This document shows positions 12,656 to 25,560 of a stretch of 64,000 nt of DNA, in pieces. Made by a program: the position numbers and the translations under genes. The DNA is taken from contig NC_043003.1 of assembly GCF_006345805.1 (NCBI RefSeq), positions 13,764,001 through 13,828,000 of the forward strand, in the 5' to 3' direction. The notes under the pieces are model-generated. The model did no database searches and was not told the origin of the DNA. It was given only the letters and a program-made list of their open reading frames with translations. How positions within the stretch are numbered: the stretch's first letter is position 1; each line of letters begins with the position of its first letter. Origin of the DNA: Octopus sinensis (lineage: Eukaryota).

Positions 12656-13466
12656 ATGTATATATATATACTGATAAACACAATTGAGTTATTGATGAAA
12701 GGGGTACTTCGAGGCACAAATTATTTGTAAGTCTTACAAACTGATATTTCATACCTCCAAAGGTTACCATCTAGATCTAACAGTCATTTACAGCAATTAA
12801 AAAAAATAAAGATACCAAAAACAAATTCTAACTTTTAACCCTTTATGAGTTTTAGTAAAAGGTTATATGTTCTTTTATGACTAAAAAGAGTTTGTTACAG
12901 GAAAACTTGACTTTTTTTTTTCTGCAATCGTGACATAGTAATAAAAGATATGTGAATGGTTACAGAATCTATGTATTCATTTAGCACAATTTTCTTTTAC
13001 GTAAAATATTGTAGTAGTAGTAGTAGTAGTAACACCGACAACAACAACAATCATAACAACAACAATATATATCAAAAATAAAATTAATTTCAAATTATAC
13101 TGTTTATTCTCATTGCCTCAGAGTAAAACAAAACCAAAGCAAAATAATATTGTAATTATTATTATTATGTAATTACGCTTCATTAAATTTTTTTTTTATA
13201 TGGTTAAACTTAAAATTTAAAGCTGAGCGAAATATATGCCGAAATATTCCTCCAAACTATTTCTTGTTTGAATACAGTATAAATAATAAGTGCTTTGCAA
13301 CAACCAAATTAAGATAGAGGTTTGTTTTTTTGACTGAGTTTCAAGGCAAGCAGAGTTAAGAATCCCTTCATGGAAGCAAATAGAGCCGTCTCTGAAAGGA
13401 GAACTCTAATTTAGCCCACAAGGATCTAGTTTACTTCTTGGCCTTGCCTTCAAAACGTAAGCATTC

Positions 13467-13504
<38 letters not shown>

Positions 13505-13505
<1 letters not shown>

Positions 13506-13730
13506 GTCTTTTCTACTCCAGGCACAAGGCCCAAAATTTTGGTGGAGGGGGTCAGTCGATCAGATCAGTCCCAGTATGCAACTGGTACTTAATTTATCAA
13601 CCTCGAAAGGATAAAAGACAAAGTCGACCATGGCAGGATTTGAACTCAGCTACATATGAAAACAGGCAAAAATGTTGCTAGACATTAGCGCCTGGTGTGC
13701 TAACAATTCTGCCAGCCCTCCACCTCCTTA
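13505..13730 (-). mobile_element. SINE family B
   Basis: Same motifs, ending in an (AAT)n tract. Confidence 0.75.
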
Positions 13731-14182
13731 GTACTACTACTAAAAACAATAATCATCCTTTCCACTACAGGTATATGGCCTGAAATTTTGGGGGGAAGGG
13801 TAGTTGATTACATTGACCTTGATAGAATAATAATAATAATAATAGACTTACCACTATGTTGCCAGAGCCCTCCGCAAAACGCAGACACACTCAGGTAAAA
13901 TCCAATTTAAGAGTTGATTTCTTGATTTTGAAGAATTATTAAGTTTAAATTTAAATAGCACAGGCCCACATTTTGACTGCTGCTGAAACAAAGCAAAAAT
14001 AAGGTAAATTATAAGGGAAAAAAATAAATAATATAAGACGTGTAATTAAATGTTTTCAAATTATGTACATTCATTAAAATTTAGGTCTCCTGCTACAGAA
14101 AACAGGAGTTCTGATTCTAAATTGAACTATACACACATAAGGTATCAACTAAGTCTTAAAGTGCCATTTGAAAGGTAATAGT

Positions 14183-14545
14183 AACAAGAGCACTCAGAGA
14201 GCACAAACCTCCGCCAAGGCAACATCAACATCCTCTCAACAATTAGCCAGAGATGAATTTTAAAATGAGAATATCTGAACTAAACTCGGCTGCTCTCACA
14301 AATGAAAATACTAAAAATGAGGCCAACCGCTATCAAAAATTAAGTGAAAAAAAACATGAAAAATAATCCAGAATCCTTGTCTGGTACTGGATCAATCCCC
14401 AAATCTAATTGGTTCGTGCCAGTCACCAGGCCAAACATCCCTGAAAGTTTCATCCGAATCCATCCAGCAGTTCTTGAGATATCTTGTCCACGGACAAACA
14501 AACAAATGCAACTGAAAAACAATACCTCCACCTTAGCAGAGCATA
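14183..14545 (-). mobile_element. Helentron-associated non-autonomous element (HINE/DINE-like)
   Basis: Subterminal ACCTCC(G/A)CC repeats and terminal hairpin GYGCTC-TCT-GAGTGC; second copy at 38708. Confidence 0.65.
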
Positions 14546-16169
14546 ATGTGCTACTTTAGAGACATGATTTATAAGCTATAATCTATTTTATACAGACACT
14601 AGAGAATGAGTAGCAGTAATAGTAAATGAAGAAATAAAGTTATTCCATCATCATTCATTCATTCATCTTTATCATTTTGCATGGGTCAGACAGAATTTGT
14701 TGAGGCAAATAATCTACAGTTGGATGCTCTTCCTGTCACCAACCCTCATCCATTTCCAAGGTTAGCCATTTCCCATGGTTAGACAAGCTTTTCACAAAAG
14801 ACTGGAAACGAACAATCTTGTTTGTATGCTGATGATGCTCAAGAGTAAACACACGCATGCACGCACACATAATGAGCTTCTTTTGGTTTCTTTTAAACAA
14901 AATCCACTCACAAGGCTTCAGATACATGGGGCTCTAGCACAAGACATTTGCACAAGGTGCCATGCAGTGGAACTGAACTGGAGACAATATGGTTGGTAAG
15001 CAAGCTTCTTAACAACAAAACTACACCTGCACCTCCTTAATTGAATATATAAATAGTTTACATACAGATTGAATTATACTATATCAACAGAACTGGAAAG
15101 GGCCATAACATTTGCTTGTTAGCTCACCCAAGGGATGATACAATGAGCCCATTTTTAACCATAGTAGAACCCTGGTAAACTACACTGGATGCAAACATGT
15201 TAACTCAACTAAAAAATTCTGTATGCTTAACTCTTTAGCATTGAAACCAGCCATATCCGGCCCAGATATTTTCCCTGTTATATGGTGACGCTAGCCAGAT
15301 CCAACTGCTCACACCCACCCTGCAATGTCCTTCTAAAACTAAGCAATCATATCATCGAAATCTTGAAGCTATGAGATAACGCATAATTAATTCAAAACAA
15401 TGTGAATGAATAAGAATTACATTTGATAAAGTAATTTGAATGCTAAAACTTAAAAGCATAGCTCCTAAACAAACAAAGTTTTAAAGGTTTGATAAAACAT
15501 ATTACTTTGAATTCTTACACTATTCAAACACATTTTGCTTGTTTTGGGAATTATAACTACACACTTTCTTTATGTAAAATGTAAAGAGAAAGGTGAAAAC
15601 CTAACTTCAAAGATATTTCCTGGAACTTTGTGTAGATGTAATTAATCTAAGTAAAGCTCTAAGTTACATTTAAAATATTTTGAAGAACTGAAAAGAAATT
15701 CTATATTTATAAGGTAACGATAAATAAATAAAATTATTTATGGTATATTGAATATGACAAATATGGCAAAATATAGTTCTGCATATAGCTTTAGGAAATT
15801 TAAACAAAAACATAAAATGTGCTCGCATGTGTGTGTGTGTATAAATATATACATAAGTCTAAAAATTAAGCTTGCTTGGAGTTTGAATGTGCTTTTCAAT
15901 TAATCCTAAAATAACTAATCAATGAAAGAACCGTGAATGGTACTCTGAAACCAAAACCTGTTAATTAACCAAGTTATATCCATATGAAAGAACTATAAAT
16001 ATGAAGTCTTACTAGAGAGAGAAATATATGAAATGTTTTGTTAGAATCCAAGCCTAACAGCAGATGTTGAACAGCTTTCATGCATCTTTAAGAGTAATTC
16101 AGAAACTTAACACACAAGCTCATGCATTTTAACTGGCCATATCTGGCCCAAAATATTCTTATTTCATAT

Positions 16170-16395
16170 TATTTCTTTATTGCCCACAAGGGGCTAAACA
16201 CAGAGGGGGCAAACAAGGACAAACGGATTAAGTCGATTACATCGAAACCAGTGTGTAACTGGTACTTAATTTATCGACCCCCAAAAGGATGAAAGGCAAA
16301 GTTGACCTCGGCGGAATTTGAACTCAGAACGTAACAGCAGACGAAATGACACTAAGCATTTTGCCTGGCGTGCTAACGTTTCTGCCAGCTCACCA
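16170..16395 (-). mobile_element. SINE family B inserted in a piggyBac-like MITE
   Basis: Well-preserved copy; MITE sequence CCCAAAATATTCT appears on both sides. Confidence 0.8.
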
Positions 16396-16449
16396 CCCAA
16401 AATATTCTATCTGTTTTATGCTCAAACTGGTTGGGTCCAGCTTCTCACA

Positions 16450-16900
16450 CTTATCCATCTGTAGCAGCTCTGTGTTGCATATTGGTTTCCATGCAAATAC
16501 ACGTTTCTCCATTTCAAAGATGGCTCAGTCGACTTTGTGTGGTTGTATGTTTTGTATCATTTCCTGTGATTGGTTAGAATGGAACATTTCCTTCTACTTC
16601 CAGTTTGGAGTTTGTATAAAATATGACAGTTGCCATTTCTCACTAGAAAGTCTTCCTTCCTTCGCTTTAGAACTCTCTCGGTACGTAGTTCTTTCACTCA
16701 CATCAATGTTGGCTGCTCAGCAAGTTGTCTCGATGAGCCAGTGGACTGAACAAACAAAGTGGCCTTCTTGGAGGCATTCTCGTGCACACTACTAGCACCA
16801 CCGTAGCCTCTATGTTGTTTTGTTTTGGACCAATCAACCAACCAACCGACCTTCCAAACCAGAAGAAGATTTAATTTAGCCAAGTGTCACATGCTCAACT
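16450..16900 (-). mobile_element. Probable old LINE fragment (endonuclease-like)
   Basis: Non-repetitive, higher-GC segment; ELRTERVLKRRKEDFLVRNGNCHILY weakly resembles an APE N-terminus; many stops. Confidence 0.3.
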
Positions 16901-16949
16901 ACCAGACACATTTACAGACTACTAAAAGTGGTGAACGTTTGGCTAAACA

Positions 16950-17433
16950 TCAATGTCCGAAATTTTGAAGCTATGAAATAATGCATAATAAATTCAAAAC
17001 AATGAATAAATAAGCATTACATTTGAGAGATTAATTAATCTAAATGATAAAGGGTCAAAAGTCTCATCCAGCCTAAATAATCTACCTGCTTTTGTTCAAA
17101 TTGGCCAAATCCGGCCTTTCACACCTTCCCTACAATATCATTCTAAACACAGACAATCATATCAAGATTTCAAAGCTGCAAGATACTGCATGATTAATTC
17201 AAAACAATGTGAATAAATAAGCACTACATTTGATACAATAATCTGAATGCTAAAGCGTTAAGATTTAAACTGGCCAGATCCAGCCTCTCACACCTATCCT
17301 ACAATGTCATTCTGAAAGTAAATAATCACATCATCGAAATATCAAAGCTATGAGACAATGCATGACTGATTCAAAACAACATGAATAAACAAGCATTACA
17401 TTTGACAGAGTATTCTGGATGCTAAAGGCTTAA
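16950..17433. mobile_element. Tandem partial copies of MITE P2
   Basis: Three repeats of TAATTCAAAACAA...AAGCATTACATTTGA. Confidence 0.7.
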
Positions 17434-17799
17434 AATGGTAGAGTACGATTCAAGAGAGATTTGGCTGCTAAATCTGGTAGATCAAGCAATCGCACAGAGA
17501 TGCACTCAATGGCATAGAAATTTCTCTATTCTTAGTGTTTCATTAAATATTTACAGCAACGAGTTCATCTCTTCAGGTCCTGGAAGAGGCAAAAGGAAAT
17601 TACATCAGTTTATGCTATCCACCCCAAGAGATCTGGAAATCAATACCATATGATCAAGAACACAATCTCCCTAGATTGCTTTCAATGGCAAATAATAGAC
17701 GCAGAACCGATAACTGTATTCAAGTATTATTATTACTATTTACATTATTATGTGGCTCAAGCAGAATCTGTGCAGTAATTGAAATTAGGAAAGTTCCAT

Positions 17800-18040
17800 G
17801 TTCGGTAAGCTTTAACCAACAAAAAACTGAATTGGTTTTAACCACTGTCACTTCTAATGTCCATCTGATTCATATGCATGGGATTCGAGGGCCCAGAGCT
17901 CTTCAATATATTCCTGAAGGATATACATGTCTTCAGAAGGAAACTAAATCTCTCTATGGTTGAGAGTTCCAGAGGAGCCAACATCACAATTGGGAATGAG
18001 GGCAGCAACATCAAACATCTACATTCACCAGGAGGACTAA
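17800..18040 (+). mobile_element. Decayed CR1/L2-like LINE RT 3' end
   Basis: MGFEGPELFNIFLKD..VFRRKLNL resembles the FxGPxLFNxLP...FKxKLD C-terminal motif. Confidence 0.5.
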
Positions 18041-18267
18041 CCCCTTAGCATTCAGATTACACATGTTTGTGTTATGGTCTCCTTGCTTGACATCATGTGA
18101 TTGCTGGAAATGAATGTCACCATCATGTGGGAAATATTACCTTACTTGGAAACAGGTAAGGGAGGGTGACAAGAAGAACATAGAAAATCCACTTTCGACA
18201 AAAATTCTATCCAACCCTTACAAGCATGGGAAAATGGATGCTAAAATGACGAAGCTTATATATATAT

Positions 18268-18661
18268 AGCAGGAATAGCTGTGTGGTAAGAAGCTTGCTT
18301 CTCAACCACATGGTTCCAGGTTCAGTCCCACTGTGTGGCACCCTGGGCAAGTATCTTCTACTATTGCCTCAGGCTGACCAAAGCCTTGAAAGTGGATTTG
18401 GTAGACGGAAACTGAAAGAAGCCCATCATATATGTATGCGTGTGTGTCTCTCTCTCTGTCTGTGTTTGTTCTTCACCACTGTTTGACAACTAGTGGTAGT
18501 GTGTTTACGTCCCTGTAACCTAGCAGTTCAGCAAAAGCAACTGATGGAATAAGTACTAGGCTTTGAAAATTAATAAGTCTTAGGGTCGATTTGTTCAACT
18601 AAAACCCTTTAAGGTGGTGCCTTGGCATTGGCCACAGTCAAATGATTGAAACAAGTGGAAG
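18268..18661 (+). mobile_element. SINE family A, older copy
   Basis: Same head, body and tail motifs with CpG decay. Confidence 0.8.
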
Positions 18662-19255
18662 ATATACATCTATACACATATACAAAATATTGCTTGCTTG
18701 AAGTGCAGAGAAGTAATTTGCACAACTCTTAAAGAAGAGATCAATAACTTTAGCTTCTTAATCTCTGACACACAGCCACCACTCATATGTAACTTCGATA
18801 CATCACACAGGCACTTCATTCATAGCTTCCAAACAGAGATATTGGAAACTTCCTTCAATGACACGACAGCCAACCAAATCCCTTTCAACAGGACACTGAT
18901 TCAATCATTACACTCACCAACAAAAGACTCCTGTACATTACACTCTCTTTGTTTATGAACAACAGAGTTAAAACCACCCCCAAAATTGCTACAAATACAA
19001 GGAGACCTCGATCTCTGAGGATTTCTCAAATGAATATAGTACTGGCAAAAATTGTATGCAGTCACGGAATAGATATGTCCACTGGTGCTTATCTGGTGGT
19101 CTTGGAAAAACAGGTAAGAGGGGAGTGGGGGACAAGAAGGGCATAGAAAATCTACTTCCAACAAAAATTCTGTCCAGCCCTTACAAGTATGGAAAAATGG
19201 ATGTTAAAATAACAAAGCTGCTAGACATACATATTTATATATATATATATATATA

Positions 19256-19653
19256 TCTAAATATATAAAGCTGAAGTTGTCTGTGTATGGCAGGTTTGGT
19301 AGCCTTCAACTAACACTATCTCCTTCGAGACTCTACGGCGCAAGTTGACCAAAATTGAGAGTATGACAGAAGAAGGCTTGCTCTTCCTTCCGTAGAAGAA
19401 AAAATTAAAATCGAACCATGTTAACACCAAAATTTATTTACATCAAAAAGGTGCTTTTTTTTTCTATGAAAATCCCTATATTTAAAGATTTTTTTACTGC
19501 TGTGTTGCCTTTTTTCGGTGTATTTCAACCAGAAAAATGTTCACTTAAAGAGAATAACAAGCTACATAATGCAAAATTTTTACTTTTCAAAAATTCCAAT
19601 TCTAAAGGGTCTCAAAGAAAACAAGCCCAAACATCGCTTGGCTATACTGCTAG
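19256..19653 (+). mobile_element. Non-autonomous Helitron
   Basis: 5' TC(TAAATATATAAAG), 3' CTAG, no TIR or TSD, inserted in (AT)n. Confidence 0.7.
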
Positions 19654-19754
19654 CATATATATATATATATATATATCATCATCATATATATATAATGGAC
19701 TCTCCCTTCGGAGACAATGAATGAGCATTCAGATTTTACTGAATGACCTGTACA

Positions 19755-20420
19755 AATGAATTATTTATGCTGTGTTTCTTTCAATTAATTTTAAATATAA
19801 CAAAGAATTTAGTAAAATAACTTAGTTATCATTAAGCTAGTCTTAGGAACATAAATTGTGACTAAGGCTTGGTGGAAGATTTTAATTTAGAACTTTTGAA
19901 AACAAGACATTTGTACTACAAAGCCAGAGGTGGTTTCAGCTGGGTTGGTATCAAAAGGGTTAAGAATTGTTTCTCTTTTATATATTTTAACCCCTTTGTT
20001 ACCATATTACTTTTGAGATGATGTGTTTCTTTCACTTAATTTTAAATATAACAAAGAATTTAGTAAAATAACTTAGTTATCATTAAGCTAGTCTTAGGAA
20101 CATAAATTGTGACTAAGGTTTGGTGGAAGAATTTAATTCAGCACTTATGAAAACAAAACATTTGTACTACAGAGCCAGAGGTGGTTTCAGCCAGGTTGGT
20201 ATCAAAAGGGTTAAGAATTGTTTCTCTTTTATATATTTTAACCCTTTGTTACCATATTTATTTTGAGATGCTCTGTGTTTCTTTCACTTAATTTTAAATA
20301 TAACAAAGAATTTAGTAAAATAACTTAGTTCTCATTAAGCTTGTGTTAGGAACATAAATTGTGACTAAGGCTTGGTGGAAGATTTTAATTCAGAACTTAT
20401 GAAAACAACGAAAGAGTTAA
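19755..20420. mobile_element. Tandem triplication of MITE P1 (about 251-bp period)
   Basis: The spacer TTAAGAATTGTTTCTCTTTTATATATTT is duplicated together with the elements. Confidence 0.8.
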
Positions 20421-20557
20421 ACGGTTGAACAAATTGATCCCCATACTTAACTGTTATACAAGATTCAATTTGATTTGTTTGTTCTTTCCTAACATTGTTC
20501 ACTCCCCAGAGGAATATAGTTTTATTATCGAGTTAAAATGAAATTCAGAAGAACTTC

Positions 20558-20935
20558 GTAGGTATGGCTGTGTGGTAAGAAGCTTGCTTCTTGAGCACAT
20601 GGTTCTGGTTTCAGTTCCACTGCATGGCGCCTTGGACAACCAAAACCTTGCGAGTGGATTTAGTAGACGGAAACTAAAACAAAAAAACCCTTGAAATATG
20701 TGTGTGTATGTTTCTGTCCCCATTCTACCATGACTGGCTTGACAACCGGTGTTGGTCTGTTTACATCCACGTGACTTAGCAGTTTGGCAAAAGAGACCAA
20801 TAGAATAAGAACCAGGACTAACAAAACGAGAGAAACAGATAAGCACTGGGGTTGATTCATTTGACAAAAAAATTCAAGAATTTCGAGGCAGTGCTCCAGC
20901 ATGGCCACAGTCTAATGACTAAAGCAAGTAAGTGA
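20558..20935 (+). mobile_element. SINE family A, diverged with deletions
   Basis: Head GGCTGTGTGGTAAG and tail CAGCATGGCCACAGTC present. Confidence 0.75.
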
Positions 20936-21859
20936 GAAAAAATAACCAGCTAGTGGTTAGATTTTTGTTGTTAACAGATAGAACAAAACTCATTTGTTCG
21001 AAAATAAATGATTACATCCTAATTAATAGTGGTTACATAGCAACGTTTTTTCTCCAGTTTCTATTATTTATTTATTTTTTTTTGTTTGTTTGTTTATTTA
21101 TTTATTTATTTACTTTATGATGTAATATTGATCTGGCAATGATAGCTAATAGGTGAGATCATTGATCTGATGGAAATGAACTATTGATAGAATGAGGTTT
21201 TAACAATCTGATATTAAGTCAATGAAGAATAATCTGTGAAAATGAGTGTGACTAGAGAGAGATAGAGGGGGGAGGAGAGAGAGAGGGATTGAAAGAGAGG
21301 AGGAGGAGGAAAGCTACACATCAAATTTCTTTACAATTTCTCCAAAAAAAAAAAAAATTTTTTTTGTTACATGGTAGTTTGTTAAGATGAAAATTGTAAA
21401 ATTTTTCCAAAGATATTTAAAATTATAATGACTCACAAGGTTTGGCTCATCATACCTTGCGACTAGAATTTGGTAGGCGGAAACGGTGGGAGCCCACCAT
21501 ATGAACACACACACCCATATCTAAGTATATTTATGCTTCCTATATAATTGATCAGACCCCACAAAGTCATGCTCCAGTTTAAAAACCAGAATCATTTCTG
21601 CCCCTGCCCTACCCCCTACACCTTTAAGATGTTTTTGACAAATAGATATCAAATGAGTGAGAAGTGTATATGTGTATGTGTGAGGGTCACATAATTAACT
21701 AAACTCTTGAAGGCTGTGCTCCAGCATGGCCACAATCTAATTACTGAGACCAGCAGGGGGAAAAAAAAAAGATGAATAAAAGGGTTTCACAGAAAATAAC
21801 AAAAAGGCAACACATTTAGTACTAAACTCTGGAATTATCTTTAGTCCCTTTCTCATTGC

Positions 21860-21864
21860 ATGCA

Positions 21865-21908
<44 letters not shown>

Positions 21909-22207
21909 TAAATATATACACACATACATATATACATAAACACGTATATACACATACACACATACATATATACATACATATATACATAAACACGTATATA
22001 CACATACACACATACATATATACATACATATATACATACACACATATATATACATACACACACATATATATATATATATATGTATATACACATACAAATA
22101 TATACACACACATATATATATATACACACACACATATACACACACATATATATATATATACACACATATACATACACACATACACACATATATACATACA
22201 CATATAT

Positions 22208-22246
<39 letters not shown>

Positions 22247-22483
22247 CACAATGTACACGTGTGTGTATATTTTATTTATACATGCATGTGTGAGTGTATA
22301 AAGAGAGAGCGGGAGGGATAAATAGATCACATCTATGTGTGTGTAAAACAAATAAGATACATATATGTATATATACACCTGTATATACATATATATATAC
22401 ACACATACATGTGTGTACACAAACACAATGTACATATATGTATGCACACACACACAATATGTGTATGCATATTATACACACAC

Positions 22484-22515
<32 letters not shown>

Positions 22516-22845
22516 CACAATGTACACGTGTGTGTATATTTTATTTATACATGCATGTGTGAGTGTATAAAGAGAGAGCGGGAGGGATAATAGATCACAT
22601 CTATGTGTGTGTAAAACAAATAAGATACATATATGTATATATACACCTGTATATACATATATATATACACACATACATGTGTGTACACAAACACAATGTA
22701 CATATATGTATGCACACACACACAATATGTGTATGCATATTATACACACACACACACAATATATACATGTATGCATATTATACACACACACACTTAACAC
22801 ATATATGCCTCTGTGTGTGTGTGTGTGTGTGTGTGTGTCTGTCTG
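21860..22845. repeat. Compound (TA)/(CA) microsatellite with a 269-bp tandem duplication
   Basis: 22251-22480 is essentially identical to 22520-22750. Confidence 0.85.
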
Positions 22846-23589
22846 TGCAACTATTTCTTCAATTTCTATTCTTAGTTCCTTCAGAACATTTACCAACCTC
22901 ATTTTCACATTTCCCTCCATTCATCCTCACCAAGAACATTACAACGAAAAAGAAAAAAACACCCAACACCAGGTCACTTAATACAAAGATACAAGATGTT
23001 TCTAAACCGGGCTCTCCACTCTGGCTTGTCACTCACACTCAAACACACACACATTCTCACTTCACATTGAAAGCCATTTCAGCCACTATGCCTGTATATT
23101 AAATTATTTATTCTACAAAGAATGGGTTGAAACTATACACTTTGGTTCTCCCCATTATTCCAGAGTTTTTAACAAGCAACACTGGTTGCTACAGTAACTG
23201 TGAAACAAAATATTTCAGATTCTATAACAGAAATCTAGGCTATATATGTCATTTACATAGGAGAAAATTATAAGGTTTCTCAGTACACTGCTAGACACAC
23301 ACACTACTATTACTACCACTACTACTGCTACTGAAAGGGATGTGGCAGAAGAGTTTAAGGCTAGGCCACACAACAGACTTGTAAAGGAGTGGAAATGACT
23401 TGAGTAAGGTCAGTGTAGTTAAATGTTGGGCTTGAATTGTTAGAGGTCAGCAGTTGATGGAAATACCATCCTAAAAGAGGAAATAACAGGCAGACATGAA
23501 ACAGGGGGAAAATAACAAGATACACACACAACCAGCAGAGGGAAATGAGAGATACACTGATGGTTGAAACATGAAAACTATGTCAAAGA

Positions 23590-24430
23590 GGACCAACATC
23601 TTTTGCTTGCTTCAGTCATTGGGCTGCAGCCATGCCAGGGTAACTACCTTTCAAAGGGTTTTAATTGGGACGAATCGACCCCACCATCCAGTAACTGTTT
23701 TTTTAATTTAATTTCTGTTTTTAAATATGGTAATTTTTCTATAGGTTTCTTTGTTGGGATCTTTTCGGATTGACCGGCAGTTTTTTTCTAGCGGTGTCAT
23801 ATGAAATTGGCACCCATAATTATGACCCTAGTATCGATCTATTGCATTTCAATCTGTTTTAGGGTTAGGGGTGGGGGGAAGGGTATCTTTTTTTTTCTTC
23901 ACAAATGTAAATAAACCCAACCTGTTTCTTAAACGAGGGACATATTCATACGACACAGAATGTTTTTTTTTCATCTCAATAGACGTCATTGATTGGTTGA
24001 AATTGCAGAAATTGAAGAAGAAAAAATACAACAAATATCTTACAAACTATAGAATTTTCTCAATAAAGCCAAGAGAAAAAGATGTTTTATAAACACATTC
24101 TACCAGCATACGAAGTTTAAAAATGTTTAGTTACATGGAAATTATTTTAAAAAACTGCCGTTCAAATCGAAAAGATCCACTGTTTTTTTAAATTTAATTT
24201 GTTTTTAAATCTGGTATTTATTCTATCGGTTTCTTTGTTGATCTGCTAAGTTATGGGGGGGGGGGTAAACAAACCAACACACATGGGCTTCTTTCAGTTT
24301 CCACTGCACAAGGATTTGTTTGGCCTAACGCTATAGTAGAAGACACATGCATGAAGTTCCATGGTAGGACTGAACCAGGAACCATGTGGTTGGATAGCGG
24401 AATTCTTACTACTCAGCTATGCCTGCGCCT
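23590..24430 (-). mobile_element. SINE family A interrupted by a Merlin-like element
   Basis: Tail at about 23590-23756 and head at about 24240-24430 on the minus strand. Confidence 0.65.
23757..24178. mobile_element. Second copy of the Merlin-like element
   Basis: Same TIR and body as 52563-52997. Confidence 0.8.
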
Positions 24431-24578
24431 ATTATCAACAGCTATCATTAACCAAAATTATTTTACAAATTCCGTTCATTCATTATTAACAACTAAACAT
24501 GTGTGTGTGTGTGTTAAATAAAATAAGATAAGCCCAAGGCAATGTGATATTTCTAGGACATTTATAAAGAGAAAAGGG

Positions 24579-24626
24579 GTCTTACAGCTGTTTCAGGGAT
24601 ATAAAAGATATCCCATCATCAGAGAC
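24579..24626 (-). ncRNA. Type I hammerhead ribozyme, near-intact
   Basis: Minus strand GTCT-CTGATGA-T-GGGATAT-CTTTT-ATATCCC-T-GAAAC-AGCT-GTA-AGAC: 4-bp stem I, 7-bp stem II, palindromic stem III, GUA site; U/U instead of G-C at 10.1/11.1. Confidence 0.7.
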
Positions 24627-24710
24627 GAGTTAAGAGCTTCAATTGAAGGAATTAGTAGAGTTCATTATATAAGAACTTATTTTGGAAAGGGAGTGATACA
24701 GAACAGTATA

Positions 24711-24742
<32 letters not shown>

Positions 24743-24794
24743 CTAAGCAATAAAGGGTTTAGCAACGAATTGCCTTACCACATATATATATATA

Positions 24795-24965
24795 TATATA
24801 TAAAGTTAATTCAAACATGAAAGCACAAAAAAACACAACGCGAGGATGTGGAACAAATATAGTATTATTGGACGCTCAGGAAAGAAGGAAAGACGTTTTG
24901 AGCGGAGCTCTTCTTCGGAAACATAGGAGAAGGAAAGATCCAGAGAAGGGAAGACAAAGGAAAAA
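24795..24965 (-). mobile_element. Penelope-like mini-element in (TA)n with a minimal hammerhead variant
   Basis: Minus strand CCGAAGA-A-GAGC-TCC-GCTC-AAAAC-GTC at 24918-24892; flanked by TA tracts. Confidence 0.45.
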
Positions 24966-25310
24966 AATATATATATATATAATGTTTACATTACTAGAAC
25001 TGTTTTTAATTCATAATTTAATTTCCTTAAGCATGTGCTACATCAGAGCACATCAGCATATAGAGTTCACTATTTGTCTATAAGTTCCAGGCCAGCAATT
25101 CATTTTGTTTCGAAGTGATCCAAGTACATGGTATTGGTAGGCTACAATAATGGCAAAATATCTGTATCTACCACTTTTGATCATTTCGAGGCAAGTTTTC
25201 TTGCTTGGTCTGGGTCACTCAGTATTGTACAGGGAGCTTTCCCCAGATGTTATCCCGCAGCAAATAGGGTATTTAAACAAAACATATAAACTAAGTTTGT
25301 GTAATTGACA

Positions 25311-25362
<52 letters not shown>

Positions 25363-25389
25363 GTATGTATATATATACATACATATGTG

Positions 25390-25560
25390 TGTGTTTGGTT
25401 CATATATGCAGAAAACAAAAAATAGGTAAGAGAACAATAAGCAGGTGTATTATTTTGATGCTTGGGGAAAATGGAAAAGTCTTAACATTTCGAGCCTATG
25501 CTCTTCGACAAAAAGGGATGGAAGGAAGAAAACAGTGAAGAAAGAGAGAAAGAAAAAAAG
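25390..25560 (-). mobile_element. Penelope-like mini-element with a minimal hammerhead variant
   Basis: Minus strand CTTT-TTGTCGA-A-GAGC-ATAG-GCTC-GAAAT-GTT-AAGA at 25515-25480; same family as 39920-39955. Confidence 0.45.

Noticed and set aside
21430-21520. Exon-like segment with strong donors on the minus strand
   Set aside because: Sequence is a decayed SINE family A body.
25100-25280. Short open frame YMVLVGYNNGKISVSTTFDHFEASF... as an exon
   Set aside because: Weak splice sites and no recognisable homology; may be an old transposon fragment.
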